Part shown: positions 1 through 8,791 of the stretch, in pieces
Layout: the number at the start of each line of letters is the position of its first letter
Numbering within the stretch: the first letter of the stretch is position 1
From: Synechococcus sp.
Lineage (GTDB): Bacteria; Cyanobacteriota; Cyanobacteriia; PCC-6307; Cyanobiaceae
Length of the DNA stretch: 64,000 nucleotides
Direction of reading: 5' to 3'
Assembly (NCBI GenBank): GCA_049889555.1
Contig: JBMHDE010000026.1
Location: forward strand, 3,264-67,263
The notes under the pieces: generated by a model
What the model was told of the DNA's origin: nothing
Databases searched by the model: none
The model's input: the letters and a program-made list of their open reading frames with translations, nothing else
Position numbers and translations under genes: made by a program

Positions 1-126
1 CAAAAACAGTTACAAGATCTATGTTCAAACGGTGATGATGCATCGATTCCTCACTCGATGCCAGTTGCTGACAACAAGATGAGCATCGACAAAGCAATTA
101 AACAAGCATCCTGCAGTGAATCATAA
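1..126 (+). CDS. possible 3' end of a CDS cut by the window edge (41 sense codons, then TAA)
   Basis: Frame 1 is open from base 1 to TAA at 124-126 (..QKQLQDLCSNGDDASIPHSMPVADNKMSIDKAIKQASCSES*). The other + frames stop earlier. AT-rich, no domain recognised. Confidence 0.2.
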   Translation, partial: QKQLQDLCSNGDDASIPHSMPVADNKMSIDKAIKQASCSES

Positions 127-239
127 AACATAATCATTAAAAAACCAAATTGGCATTCATCAAGGTGACTGCCGTCACAGCAAGCATGATCACTGCCTCG
201 TCGAGCCACGGGACTTGCTATATACTTTAAGCCAGCTAT

Positions 240-746
240 TTAAATATTGGCCGATAGAATCCACACTTGCTCTTCTGGACCAGAGGACCAATTTAATGAG
301 CCTTGAATGCGATAGCGATCACCTTGAAACAATCGAACAGAAACAAAATCAATACTATTTAAATTTCTTTCATCGTTTTTTTCAAATGTGTAGGCATCAA
401 CACACCAGGCCACTTCGCCGTTATTTTTAACGCGACGAACCACTGGAGAATCATTTTGATTGCTTGGCAAAAAACTTTCTAGCGATGAACCATCAGGCAA
501 ATTAATTGCACTATAGGCATTCGACAATGCACAGTCGTCTCTCAGATTCCCAGCGAAAGGTCCGCCAATCGTGTCGATTTTGACATTCACTGTATTGCGT
601 CTTTCGATTATATCAGTCCGAAGATCATCATAAATCAAATAGGCCACAGACACAGCCGCAGCGATAATAGCTAAAAATATAGAAACTATGATTATGCGAA
701 CAAGACTAACCTTTTGATCCCTGTCTAAGCTCATGAGTTTGCTCAA
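240..746 (-). CDS. hypothetical membrane-anchored protein (one N-terminal TM helix, no recognisable domain)
   Basis: 168-aa ORF. Hydrophobic helix VRIIIVSIFLAIIAAAVSVAYLI near the N-terminus, followed by a polar domain of about 125 aa. Lies in AT-rich DNA. Confidence 0.5.
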   Translation of the reverse strand: MSKLMSLDRDQKVSLVRIIIVSIFLAIIAAAVSVAYLIYDDLRTDIIERRNTVNVKIDTIGGPFAGNLRDDCALSNAYSAINLPDGSSLESFLPSNQNDSPVVRRVKNNGEVAWCVDAYTFEKNDERNLNSIDFVSVRLFQGDRYRIQGSLNWSSGPEEQVWILSANI

Positions 747-959
747 AGGTGGCAGTGCTCTGGCAGCCTCGACGAGCTGCCGTCCGGTGAATTACCTCAA
801 CACTAGCCTTTAGGCGATGTGATTTTAATGCAATGTCGGCCAAAATGGATCGGTCACAGCTCAACCATGGCGAAAAGCCAGCGACCACGTGATCAGCAAG
901 GAACTGCATCGCTCAAACTTGAATGGGCCTTTCGAGCTTTGCAACAGGCAACAACATCC

Positions 960-2240
960 TTACTTGATGGCATGGATGACAGAACAGCCTTTTTGAATCG
1001 CTTCATCTTGACATCGGTCAAACACTGTTTCACCTAAGCTGTCGCGAATGGTTGGATCAGCACCAGCATCAAGCAAGATTTGAACCAGTTTAGGAGAGTT
1101 CCATTCAACAGAAGCAATTAATGCTGTTGATTCAAGATCTGTAAATTTCTTATTAACAAGATCTCGACCGCTCTGACGTGATAAAAACTCTTTAACGACA
1201 TCATAATGTCCCCAAAAAGCTGCTAAAAAGAATGGTGACTCCCCAGAATCAGAAAGGCGAGCCAAATCAGCACCAGCCTCTAAAAGCAACTGCACAATGT
1301 CAAGCTCGCCATTCATGGCGGAAAGCATTAAAGGAGTCGATGAACCGATGTTTCTCCCTTCAACTTGGGCACCACGTTCTAACAAGACGCGCACCACGTC
1401 AGTATGTCCTTGGCTCGCAGCAAGCAAAAGGGGTGTCGATTGCCCCATACCTGAGCTTTCGATATCAGCGCCATGGGCTAACAAAACGCGCACCATATCA
1501 ACATTCCCATTCTCAGCAGCAATCATCAGCGGAGATTCATCACCAGTATTTGATCCCTCAATCTCGGCACCACGTGCTAACAACACTCGGACCATTTCAA
1601 TATTTCCTGTTTCAGAGGCAATCATCAACGGAGTCAACAATTTAATAGTTTCAGCTTCAATATCAGCACCATTCTCCACCAATTTGCGCGCAATAGCAAT
1701 GTTACCTTTATCAGCAGCAATCAGCAAAGGAGTTGTCAATCCTTTGCGAGATCCTTCAACATCAGCCCCATTGGCAAGCAATAAATTAACGATTTTGAGA
1801 CTTTCTTGATTCGCAGCAATCATCAGTGGAGTGACTGCTGAAATAGCTGACCCTTCAATCTTGGCGCCATTGGCAAGAAGAAAGCGCACGATTTCAAGAT
1901 TGCCCTGATTCGCCGCAAGCATCAACGGCGTTGCCGACGGAATCCTTCCTGATTCAATATCGGCGCCACGCGCTAGCAAGAATCGCACCATGTCGAGATT
2001 GCCTCCAGCAGAGGCCAGCATCAAGGGAGTCAACACCTTGACGTTCGTCCCTTCGATGTCAGCGCCACTTTCTAAGAGTGCGCGCACCATCTCGAAATCA
2101 CCTTGCTGAACAGCCTGGCTCAAGAGATCCGGTTGAGGAGCTTGCACCCGAGTTTGTTGCGCCAGGCTCTGGGAGTGCCCCAAAGCCAATGAGAGCAACA
2201 TCCCCGCGAAAAACCGTCTTGCTACCTGTCGCGTCATCAT
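960..2240 (-). CDS. secreted/periplasmic ankyrin-repeat protein (about 10-11 ANK units)
   Basis: 426-aa ORF. Sec-type signal MMTRQVARRFFAGMLLSLALGHSQSLA, then tandem 33-aa units with the ANK signature (TPLMxAAxxGNxxxVRxLLxxGADIE). The repeat is also visible as a 99-nt periodicity in the DNA. Confidence 0.85.
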   Translation of the reverse strand: MMTRQVARRFFAGMLLSLALGHSQSLAQQTRVQAPQPDLLSQAVQQGDFEMVRALLESGADIEGTNVKVLTPLMLASAGGNLDMVRFLLARGADIESGRIPSATPLMLAANQGNLEIVRFLLANGAKIEGSAISAVTPLMIAANQESLKIVNLLLANGADVEGSRKGLTTPLLIAADKGNIAIARKLVENGADIEAETIKLLTPLMIASETGNIEMVRVLLARGAEIEGSNTGDESPLMIAAENGNVDMVRVLLAHGADIESSGMGQSTPLLLAASQGHTDVVRVLLERGAQVEGRNIGSSTPLMLSAMNGELDIVQLLLEAGADLARLSDSGESPFFLAAFWGHYDVVKEFLSRQSGRDLVNKKFTDLESTALIASVEWNSPKLVQILLDAGADPTIRDSLGETVFDRCQDEAIQKGCSVIHAIK

Positions 2241-2709
2241 GCATACCCCTGTTGAAAAGCCAAGAAACCTTGATCAACTCTGCTCTTCCAGCCAATGAAA
2301 TGACCGTCAACCTCTATAAACAATGCCGCGATCCAGTTCCGGCAACTCTTGAGCAAGAATGCGTTCAAGAATCTACCCCCAAGACTGCAAGATTTGAATA
2401 AAACAATAATCACTTGGCTGCGCTTGAAATCACAACAAGACACTCCCAATTGTAGAACAAAATCATGTTGTTTTTGCCTGATGCTCCAGCGACTAAACGG
2501 CGAACAACAGCTTCTAGCGAGGCGTACTATCGTCGCCACACCTCCAAACAATGGCGGAAAAAGGTTTCGCTGATTGGTCGATTTTTGCTGAGAATGCATC
2601 ATTTGTTGGTGGCCACCAAGCAGCAAGACTGATCGAAAAAGGAGGTTGTTTCTTAATAAAGCCCATACCGTCTAGCCGCGCAAGCCACACAACTCATCTG
2701 AGACACTGA

Positions 2710-3780
2710 GTGACCGACATCTGGTTGAGCATGCCCTTTCGCACCCTCTCGGGACTGCTAGCCGGCGTTCTGATGCTTCAAGGGTGCGCCACCCTTGGAG
2801 ACGCTGAAACGTCGCGACTCAGCGTGATTCGGCAGCGCAACAGCTTGCGCTGCGGCGTTAGTGGCAAAATTCCCGGATTCAGTTTTTTAGAGCCCAACGG
2901 CACCTATTCCGGTCTGGACGTCGACCTCTGCAAGGCCTTCGCTGCAGCATTTGTTGGCGATCCCAATGCAGTTGAGTACCGCCCCCTCACAGCCCCTGAG
3001 CGCTTTACGGCCCTACGCACGGGGGAAGTAGACCTGCTCTCACGCAACACCACCATCAACCTCAGCCGTGATGCGGCTGGTGGCAATGGCGTTAGCTTCT
3101 CCCCGGTGATTTTTCATGATGGCCAAGGCCTGATGGTGAAACAGGCGAGTGGCATTCGCCAACTCACCGACCTTCGCGGTGAAAGCATCTGCGTCGGATC
3201 GGGCACCACGACAGAACAAAACCTCAACGATGCCTTTGAAGCGCAGGACATCAGCTACACACCGATCAAATACCAAGACCTCAACCAGGTGGTAGCGGGT
3301 TATCGCCAAGGCCGTTGCCGTGCCATGACCTCCGATCGATCCCAATTGGCCGCTGCCCGTTCCGGATTCGCCCAACCGCAGCAACACACCATTCTCGATG
3401 CCGTTCTGAGTAAAGAGCCCCTTGCGCCTGTTTCCGTCGGGGGAGACCAACGCCTGGCTGATGCCATGCGTTGGGTTGTCTATGCCCTGATCACTGCAGA
3501 AGAGCTGGGGCTCACCCAGGCCAATGTGCGCGATCAACTCGCGCATGCCCAGCAAACGCCCCAACTCACGCAACTGCGCCGTTTCCTTGGCATCGATGGA
3601 GACTTAGGCCTAAAACTGGGGCTCGCCCCTGATTTCGTGGTGCGCGTTATCGAGGCCACGGGCCATTACGGCGAGATCTACAACCGCCATTTGGGCCCCA
3701 ACAGTGCCGTGCCCATTCCCCGTGGCATGAATCAGCTCTACCGCGATGGCGGTGCCATGACCGCCCCTCCATTCCAATGA
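2710..3780 (+). CDS. general amino-acid ABC transporter, substrate-binding lipoprotein (AapJ/NatF-like)
   Basis: 356-aa ORF with a lipobox (LLAGVLMLQGC). Family-3 solute-binding protein layout. First gene of a 4-gene ABC operon. The start may be ATG 2731 instead of GTG 2710. Confidence 0.85.
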   Translation: MTDIWLSMPFRTLSGLLAGVLMLQGCATLGDAETSRLSVIRQRNSLRCGVSGKIPGFSFLEPNGTYSGLDVDLCKAFAAAFVGDPNAVEYRPLTAPERFTALRTGEVDLLSRNTTINLSRDAAGGNGVSFSPVIFHDGQGLMVKQASGIRQLTDLRGESICVGSGTTTEQNLNDAFEAQDISYTPIKYQDLNQVVAGYRQGRCRAMTSDRSQLAAARSGFAQPQQHTILDAVLSKEPLAPVSVGGDQRLADAMRWVVYALITAEELGLTQANVRDQLAHAQQTPQLTQLRRFLGIDGDLGLKLGLAPDFVVRVIEATGHYGEIYNRHLGPNSAVPIPRGMNQLYRDGGAMTAPPFQ

Positions 3781-4682
3781 GAGTCCTACGGTCGCGTCGC
3801 TGGTGGCTGCAACTGGGCCTTGTGCTGGTGTTGCTCAGCATCATCGGTGTGCTGTTCAACAATCTCGCGGTCAACTTGAATCGCACGGGGTTGGGATTGA
3901 GCTTCGCTTGGCTCAGTCGACCAGCCGGGTTCGCACTGGCTGAACATCCCCTTCCCTATCGACCCTCCGATCCCTACGCCTGGGCCTTGTTGATGGGGTG
4001 GCTCAATAGCCTCAAAGTGATCATTGCCGGATTAATCAGCGCCACGGTGCTGGGGGTGATCGCCGGCGCAGCACGCCGCAGTCTCAATCCACTGTTGCGT
4101 CAACTTGCAGCGCTCTACGTGGGACTGCTTCGGCAGGTGCCCCTGTTACTGCAGTTGCTGTTTTGGTATTTCGTTGCCCTGCTCGGCCTACCCCGCACCA
4201 ATCCCTCGCCCCTGGGATCCTTGCTCACCCTCACCAATCAGGGCATTGCTGTGCTGGGAGTCCATTTGAGTGTGGAATTCACAGCCGTGCTCCTGGGCCT
4301 GAGTGTGTTCACCGGTGCTGCGATTGCTGAGGTGGTGCGTGGTGGCCTGGATGCCGTACCGCCTGGGCAATGGGAAGCCTTCCGTAGCCTTGGCCTCTCA
4401 GAAAGAATGGGAATGCGGCGAGTGGTGCTTCCCCAAGCCCTGCCAGCCATCCTGCCTGGCCTCACCAGTCAATACCTCAATCTCGCGAAAAACAGCACCC
4501 TTGCTATCGCTGTGGGCTACGCCGATCTCTACGCAGTCAGCGACACCACAATCACCCAAACAGGGCGAGCCATTGAAGGATTCCTGCTGCTGTTAATCAA
4601 TTTTCTCTTGCTTAATTTGGTCATCAACGCGGTGATGCAGCTCTTCAATCGCGCGGTAATGCGCCGCAGGCAACACGCCTAA
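3777..4682 (+). CDS. amino-acid ABC transporter permease (AapQ/NatG-like)
   Basis: 301-aa polytopic membrane ORF. The ATGA overlap with the upstream stop suggests translational coupling. EAA-like loop (AIAEVVRGGLDAVPPGQWEAFRSLGL) typical of His/Glu/Gln/Arg-type permeases. Confidence 0.85.
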   Translation: MRVLRSRRWWLQLGLVLVLLSIIGVLFNNLAVNLNRTGLGLSFAWLSRPAGFALAEHPLPYRPSDPYAWALLMGWLNSLKVIIAGLISATVLGVIAGAARRSLNPLLRQLAALYVGLLRQVPLLLQLLFWYFVALLGLPRTNPSPLGSLLTLTNQGIAVLGVHLSVEFTAVLLGLSVFTGAAIAEVVRGGLDAVPPGQWEAFRSLGLSERMGMRRVVLPQALPAILPGLTSQYLNLAKNSTLAIAVGYADLYAVSDTTITQTGRAIEGFLLLLINFLLLNLVINAVMQLFNRAVMRRRQHA

Positions 4683-4699
4683 GCTGCGCTCGAAACCCT

Positions 4700-5731
4700 G
4701 TGATCAGTCTGATGAGGGGATGGAAGACCCTCTGGCGCCACAGTCGCCGCCATCCGATCGAAACGGCCCTCAGCCTGGTGGTGATCGCCGCCGTTGGCTG
4801 GGCGGTTTGGACCAGCGGACATTGGGTTGTGCAACGTGCCGATTGGTCTGTCGTCGGTAGCAACCTGCCCCTCTTCCTCAGTGGGAGCTACCCAGCAGAT
4901 CAACGCTGGCGGCCACTGCTGTGGTTTGTGCTTCTCGTTGGGCTGACCCTGGTGACGCTGCTACGCCCCAACAGGAGCAACACGATCCGCTGGTTGGAGC
5001 TTTGTCTCCCCTGGTGCTGGATCGCCATGATTCCTGTGGGCCTCGCGTTGCTGGGCGGAGGGATTGTGCTCCCTGCCATCCCCAGCCGCGATTGGGGGGG
5101 GCTGAGCCTCACCTTGCTCCTCACGGCCTGCAGTGCCGCATTGGCACTTCCCCTTGGGGTGGTCTTGGCCCTTGGACGCAGCAGCGACCTCCCCGTGGTG
5201 CGGCTCTGCAGTCGCCTCTACATCGATCTGATGCGTGCTGTGCCGCTGATCGCAGTGCTGTTTTTTGGCCAGCTGTTAATTCCCCTGTTTCTGCCGTTCG
5301 GCTACGAGATCAATCGGGTTTTCCGTGCCGTTGTGGCCTTTGCCCTCTTCGCGGCAGCGTATGTGGCGGAGGATGTTCGCGGCGGACTTCAAGCGATCCC
5401 CGCCACCCAATTCGAAGCAGCGGCAGCCCTCGGCCTTCGTCCACTGCAGACCCTTCAACACGTGGTGCTCCCTCAAGCCCTGCGCATTGCGATGCCAGCG
5501 CTGACGAATCAGGCCATTGGTCTGCTGCAAAACACCAGCCTGATGGCCCTGCTTGGACTGGTGGAAGTGTTAGGCATCGGCCGCAGCTTGCTGGCCAATC
5601 CCGCCTTCATCGGCCGTCATCTAGAGGTGTATGTGTGGCTAGCGGGCCTTTATTGGTTGTTCTGCACCGCCATGGCTCTTCTGGCTCGGCGCATCGAACG
5701 CGACAGCCCGTCCCTCGGCCATACCGCCTGA
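4700..5731 (+). CDS. amino-acid ABC transporter permease (AapM/NatH-like)
   Basis: 343-aa polytopic ORF. Permease loop AAYVAEDVRGGLQAIPATQFEAAAALGL. Second permease of the operon. Confidence 0.85.
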   Translation: MISLMRGWKTLWRHSRRHPIETALSLVVIAAVGWAVWTSGHWVVQRADWSVVGSNLPLFLSGSYPADQRWRPLLWFVLLVGLTLVTLLRPNRSNTIRWLELCLPWCWIAMIPVGLALLGGGIVLPAIPSRDWGGLSLTLLLTACSAALALPLGVVLALGRSSDLPVVRLCSRLYIDLMRAVPLIAVLFFGQLLIPLFLPFGYEINRVFRAVVAFALFAAAYVAEDVRGGLQAIPATQFEAAAALGLRPLQTLQHVVLPQALRIAMPALTNQAIGLLQNTSLMALLGLVEVLGIGRSLLANPAFIGRHLEVYVWLAGLYWLFCTAMALLARRIERDSPSLGHTA

Positions 5732-5746
5732 TCTTGTTCTTCGCTG

Positions 5747-6502
5747 ATGACGCCCACCATGACACCTGCGATCACAGCGCACGCCGTCACCAAAACGTTT
5801 GGGGCCGGTCATCGTGCCCTTGATGGCGTCAGCCTGGAGGTGGCGCGAGGGGAAGTGCTGGTGGTGATGGGGCCATCCGGATCCGGCAAAAGCACCTTGA
5901 TTCGCACCTTTAATGGATTGGAATCGATCGACAGCGGTGCGATCAACGTTTTGGGGTTAACCCTCAACAGCGACAGCGACCCCCGTCAAATCCAACGCAT
6001 CCGCAAACGCGTGGGGATGGTGTTTCAACAATTCAATCTGTTCCCCCATCTCACCATCCTGGACAACATCACCCTGGCCCCAATGCGCGTGCAAAAGCAG
6101 GCCCGCGCTGAAGCCCAAACCAGGGCCATGCTGCTGTTGGAGCAAATGGGCATTGCTGAGCAAGCCAGCAAATATCCGGCCCAACTCAGTGGCGGACAAC
6201 AGCAAAGGGTGGCTATCGCCCGCGCGCTGGCCTTGCAACCCGAGGTGATGCTGTTCGATGAACCCACCAGCGCCCTCGACCCAGAACGGGTGAAAGAAGT
6301 GCTCGATGCCATGCGGCTGTTGGCCAAGCAGGGCATGACCATGGTGGTTGTGACCCATGAAATTGGCTTCGCGCGCGATGTGGCGGATCGCGTGCTGTTG
6401 ATGGATGCCGGCCGGGTGGTGGAAAGCTCCGATCCCGAACGCTTCTTTACCCAAGCCCAAGAGGAACGCACCCGGCGATTCCTCAGCCAGATTCACGACT
6501 GA
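5747..6502 (+). CDS. amino-acid ABC transporter ATP-binding protein (AapP/BgtA-like)
   Basis: 251 aa. Walker A GPSGSGKST, signature LSGGQQQRVAIARAL, Walker B MLFDEPTSALD. Confidence 0.9.
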   Translation: MTPTMTPAITAHAVTKTFGAGHRALDGVSLEVARGEVLVVMGPSGSGKSTLIRTFNGLESIDSGAINVLGLTLNSDSDPRQIQRIRKRVGMVFQQFNLFPHLTILDNITLAPMRVQKQARAEAQTRAMLLLEQMGIAEQASKYPAQLSGGQQQRVAIARALALQPEVMLFDEPTSALDPERVKEVLDAMRLLAKQGMTMVVVTHEIGFARDVADRVLLMDAGRVVESSDPERFFTQAQEERTRRFLSQIHD

Positions 6503-7073
6503 AGGCTGCGGTGCTTTGGAACACCCGAAAGGTGAGATTCATCCTGCTGGTGCGCACCCGCTGACGCACCGGCAACGCATGCAACCACTCCTGTTGGCAC
6601 GGTGGCTCCATCACCAGCAGGTCCCCATCCACGAGATCAACGGAATGGCGTTCCGGCCCTTGCCGCTGCCGCAAGAGAAAACTGCGCGTCGCCCCCAGCG
6701 ATAACGACGCAATCGGCTGCGATGGATCGATCTCTGGCTCATCATCGGCATGCCAACCCATGCGGTCTTGACCATCGCGATAGCGATGCAACAAACAACC
6801 GTTGAAACGGGCCTGGCAGTGGTCGTTCACCTTGGCGAGTAGGGGCTCAAACCAATCGGGCCATCCCTGCCCTTGATGCACCACGCTGCTGTAGCGGTAC
6901 GACACACCACGCTCGGCCAAAAATGCAGCCAGCCGCGGTGTGCGATACCGCTTGCCGTAGACCAGCACCTGCGGTTGCTCCCACAACACGCGCTGCTCAA
7001 GCAGGGCCTGCCAATGGCGAGCATCACCAGCGGCAAGCCAGCCGCGATGCAACCTCCAGGGCAGGCCGGTCAT
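6483..7073 (-). CDS. alkB: AlkB-like Fe(II)/2-oxoglutarate-dependent dioxygenase (alkylation repair)
   Basis: C-terminal 197 aa of the 283-aa ORF. Motifs WHADDE (HxD), WLHALP and RMNLTFR fit the AlkB fold. Start placed at Met-88 (MTGLPW..), because the longer form would overlap the divergent kinase gene. Confidence 0.7.
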   Translation of the reverse strand: MTGLPWRLHRGWLAAGDARHWQALLEQRVLWEQPQVLVYGKRYRTPRLAAFLAERGVSYRYSSVVHQGQGWPDWFEPLLAKVNDHCQARFNGCLLHRYRDGQDRMGWHADDEPEIDPSQPIASLSLGATRSFLLRQRQGPERHSVDLVDGDLLVMEPPCQQEWLHALPVRQRVRTSRMNLTFRVFQSTAAFSRESG

Positions 7074-7115
7074 CAGGCACAAACAGGCAACAGCCACCAT
7101 GCTGAAGCCAGATGC

Positions 7116-8738
7116 ATGCACCCCGTGGCCCCTGCCGGCGAGCGGCACCCCGCAATGATCGAGGCCCTGCTGCAGCCCAACGCCTACCCCCACCCCGTGG
7201 CAGCGGTGCAGTTGATTGAAACCCACATGTCTTGGGTGCTGCTCACCGGTCCATTCGCCTACAAAATCAAAAAACCTGTGGCGCTGGCGTTTGTACAAAC
7301 CACCACACTCCAGCAACGCTTGCACTGCTGCCACGAAGAACTGCGATTAAACCGTCGGCTAGCCGCCGATCTCTATTGCGCGGTGGTGCCGGTGCTTGGC
7401 CCAGCGGCCCAAGCGCGGATCAGCACCACACCCCTCGACCCAAACGTTGCCCACGGCGAGTCAATCCTCGACGTAGCCGTGAAGATGGTCCAGTTCGACC
7501 CCAAGGACCTACTCAGCCGTGCACTCACGGACAACACCATCAACCGTCCTGCGCTGTCGGAGCTGGCCTGGTCGTTAGGCCACTTCCATCAACACGCCCC
7601 TGTCGCAGCGCCGACCACGACCTATGGCAACCCCCAAGCTGTTTGCGAGCCGGTCGCCACGAACCTGACCATCTTGGATCAGCTGGCGACCACAGGGCAG
7701 CAGCAAGCCCAGCTCACCCAGCATCGCCACTGGGTCGCACAACACCAGCAACAGCTTCTCCCCCGCTTGATCGACCGCAAACAGGCCGGTGCTATTCGCG
7801 AATGCCACGGTGATCTGCACTGCGCCAACATCCGACGCAAGCCCAACGGACAGCTGCAGGTGTTCGATGCGATTGATTTCAACGCTGGTTTGCGCTGGAT
7901 CGATCCCATCAGCGAAATGGCTTTTTTGGTAATGGATCTGGAAATGCGAGGCAATCCAGGTTGCGGCGTGGAGCTGCTAAACAGCTGGCTGGAATGCACA
8001 GGGACCTATGACGGCCTGGATCTCTGGCCCTGGTATTCGGCCTATCGCGCCATGGTGCGTGCCAAGGTCAGCGCGCTGCAAGCCCAATCCTGCCCAGACC
8101 CTGCTCGCCGACACCATCTACAAACTGAACTCGACAGCTATCTCACAATCGCTTCCCGCTGGGAACAGACTCCCCAAGGGGGATTGGTGTTGATGCATGG
8201 CCTCAGTGGCAGCGGTAAATCCACCCTGAGTGCCCAGTTGATTGGGCCATTCCAAGCCGTGCGACTTCGATCCGACCGGGAACGGCTGCGGGCATTCCAA
8301 GCGTTGGAAGGCCAACCAGCCCGCTTCACCGGTGATCGCTACAGGGCTGAGGTAACGCGATGGTTATTTCACGATCGACTCCCCCACTTGGTGCAACGCG
8401 CACTGTTGAGCCGCTATGCCGTGATTGTGGATGCCACATTTCTGCGGCACCAAGAACGCCGCGTGATGACCGCGTTGGCTGACGCGATGGGACGTCCCTG
8501 GGCCATCGTCCACTGCCAATGCTCAGAGGCCACAGCACGGCAACGGCTCACGCAGCGGCAACGGGAACGCCAAGACCCATCGGAAGCCGATCTCACTGTG
8601 CGCAACCGTCAGCGGCAGTGGCAGGACGCCCTGGATGACCAGGAACAGCAACGCACTGTGGTGGCCGATGAAGGCAGTCTGCTGGCGACGGTGACCGCTG
8701 AACTCGCAGCCTTACTGAAACCGGCAGGTGGCGCGTAA
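7116..8738 (+). CDS. bifunctional protein: N-terminal aminoglycoside-phosphotransferase-like kinase fold plus C-terminal P-loop (AAA_33-like) kinase
   Basis: APH/choline-kinase catalytic motif HGDLHCANI..DAIDF in the N-terminal half. Walker A GLSGSGKST in the C-terminal ~180 aa. Start chosen at ATG 7116 (alternative 7155); the ORF-track start at 6873 overlaps alkB antisense. Confidence 0.7.
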   Translation: MHPVAPAGERHPAMIEALLQPNAYPHPVAAVQLIETHMSWVLLTGPFAYKIKKPVALAFVQTTTLQQRLHCCHEELRLNRRLAADLYCAVVPVLGPAAQARISTTPLDPNVAHGESILDVAVKMVQFDPKDLLSRALTDNTINRPALSELAWSLGHFHQHAPVAAPTTTYGNPQAVCEPVATNLTILDQLATTGQQQAQLTQHRHWVAQHQQQLLPRLIDRKQAGAIRECHGDLHCANIRRKPNGQLQVFDAIDFNAGLRWIDPISEMAFLVMDLEMRGNPGCGVELLNSWLECTGTYDGLDLWPWYSAYRAMVRAKVSALQAQSCPDPARRHHLQTELDSYLTIASRWEQTPQGGLVLMHGLSGSGKSTLSAQLIGPFQAVRLRSDRERLRAFQALEGQPARFTGDRYRAEVTRWLFHDRLPHLVQRALLSRYAVIVDATFLRHQERRVMTALADAMGRPWAIVHCQCSEATARQRLTQRQRERQDPSEADLTVRNRQRQWQDALDDQEQQRTVVADEGSLLATVTAELAALLKPAGGA

Positions 8739-8791
8739 CAAGCCATGACGCCACCCCCTCGAAGCCAACACACACCCCATAGATTCTGAGA

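Noticed and set aside
2237-2626. 129-aa minus-strand ORF in the AT-rich spacer upstream of the ankyrin gene
   Set aside because: It has junk-like composition (Cys/Phe/Ser/Leu/Gln) and no domain. I treat the region as non-coding or decayed, as described in the corresponding finding.
4921-5823. 300-aa ORF in another + frame across the second permease gene
   Set aside because: It has Pro/Arg/Gly/Ser-rich composition and no motif. It overlaps a permease ORF that has clear TM helices and the EAA loop.
6873-7115. N-terminal extensions of both the kinase fusion ORF (from 6873) and the alkB ORF (up to 7334)
   Set aside because: The two extensions overlap each other antisense and are His/Gly/Ala/Gln-rich, with no similarity to the respective families. 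Internal ATG codons give family-typical lengths.
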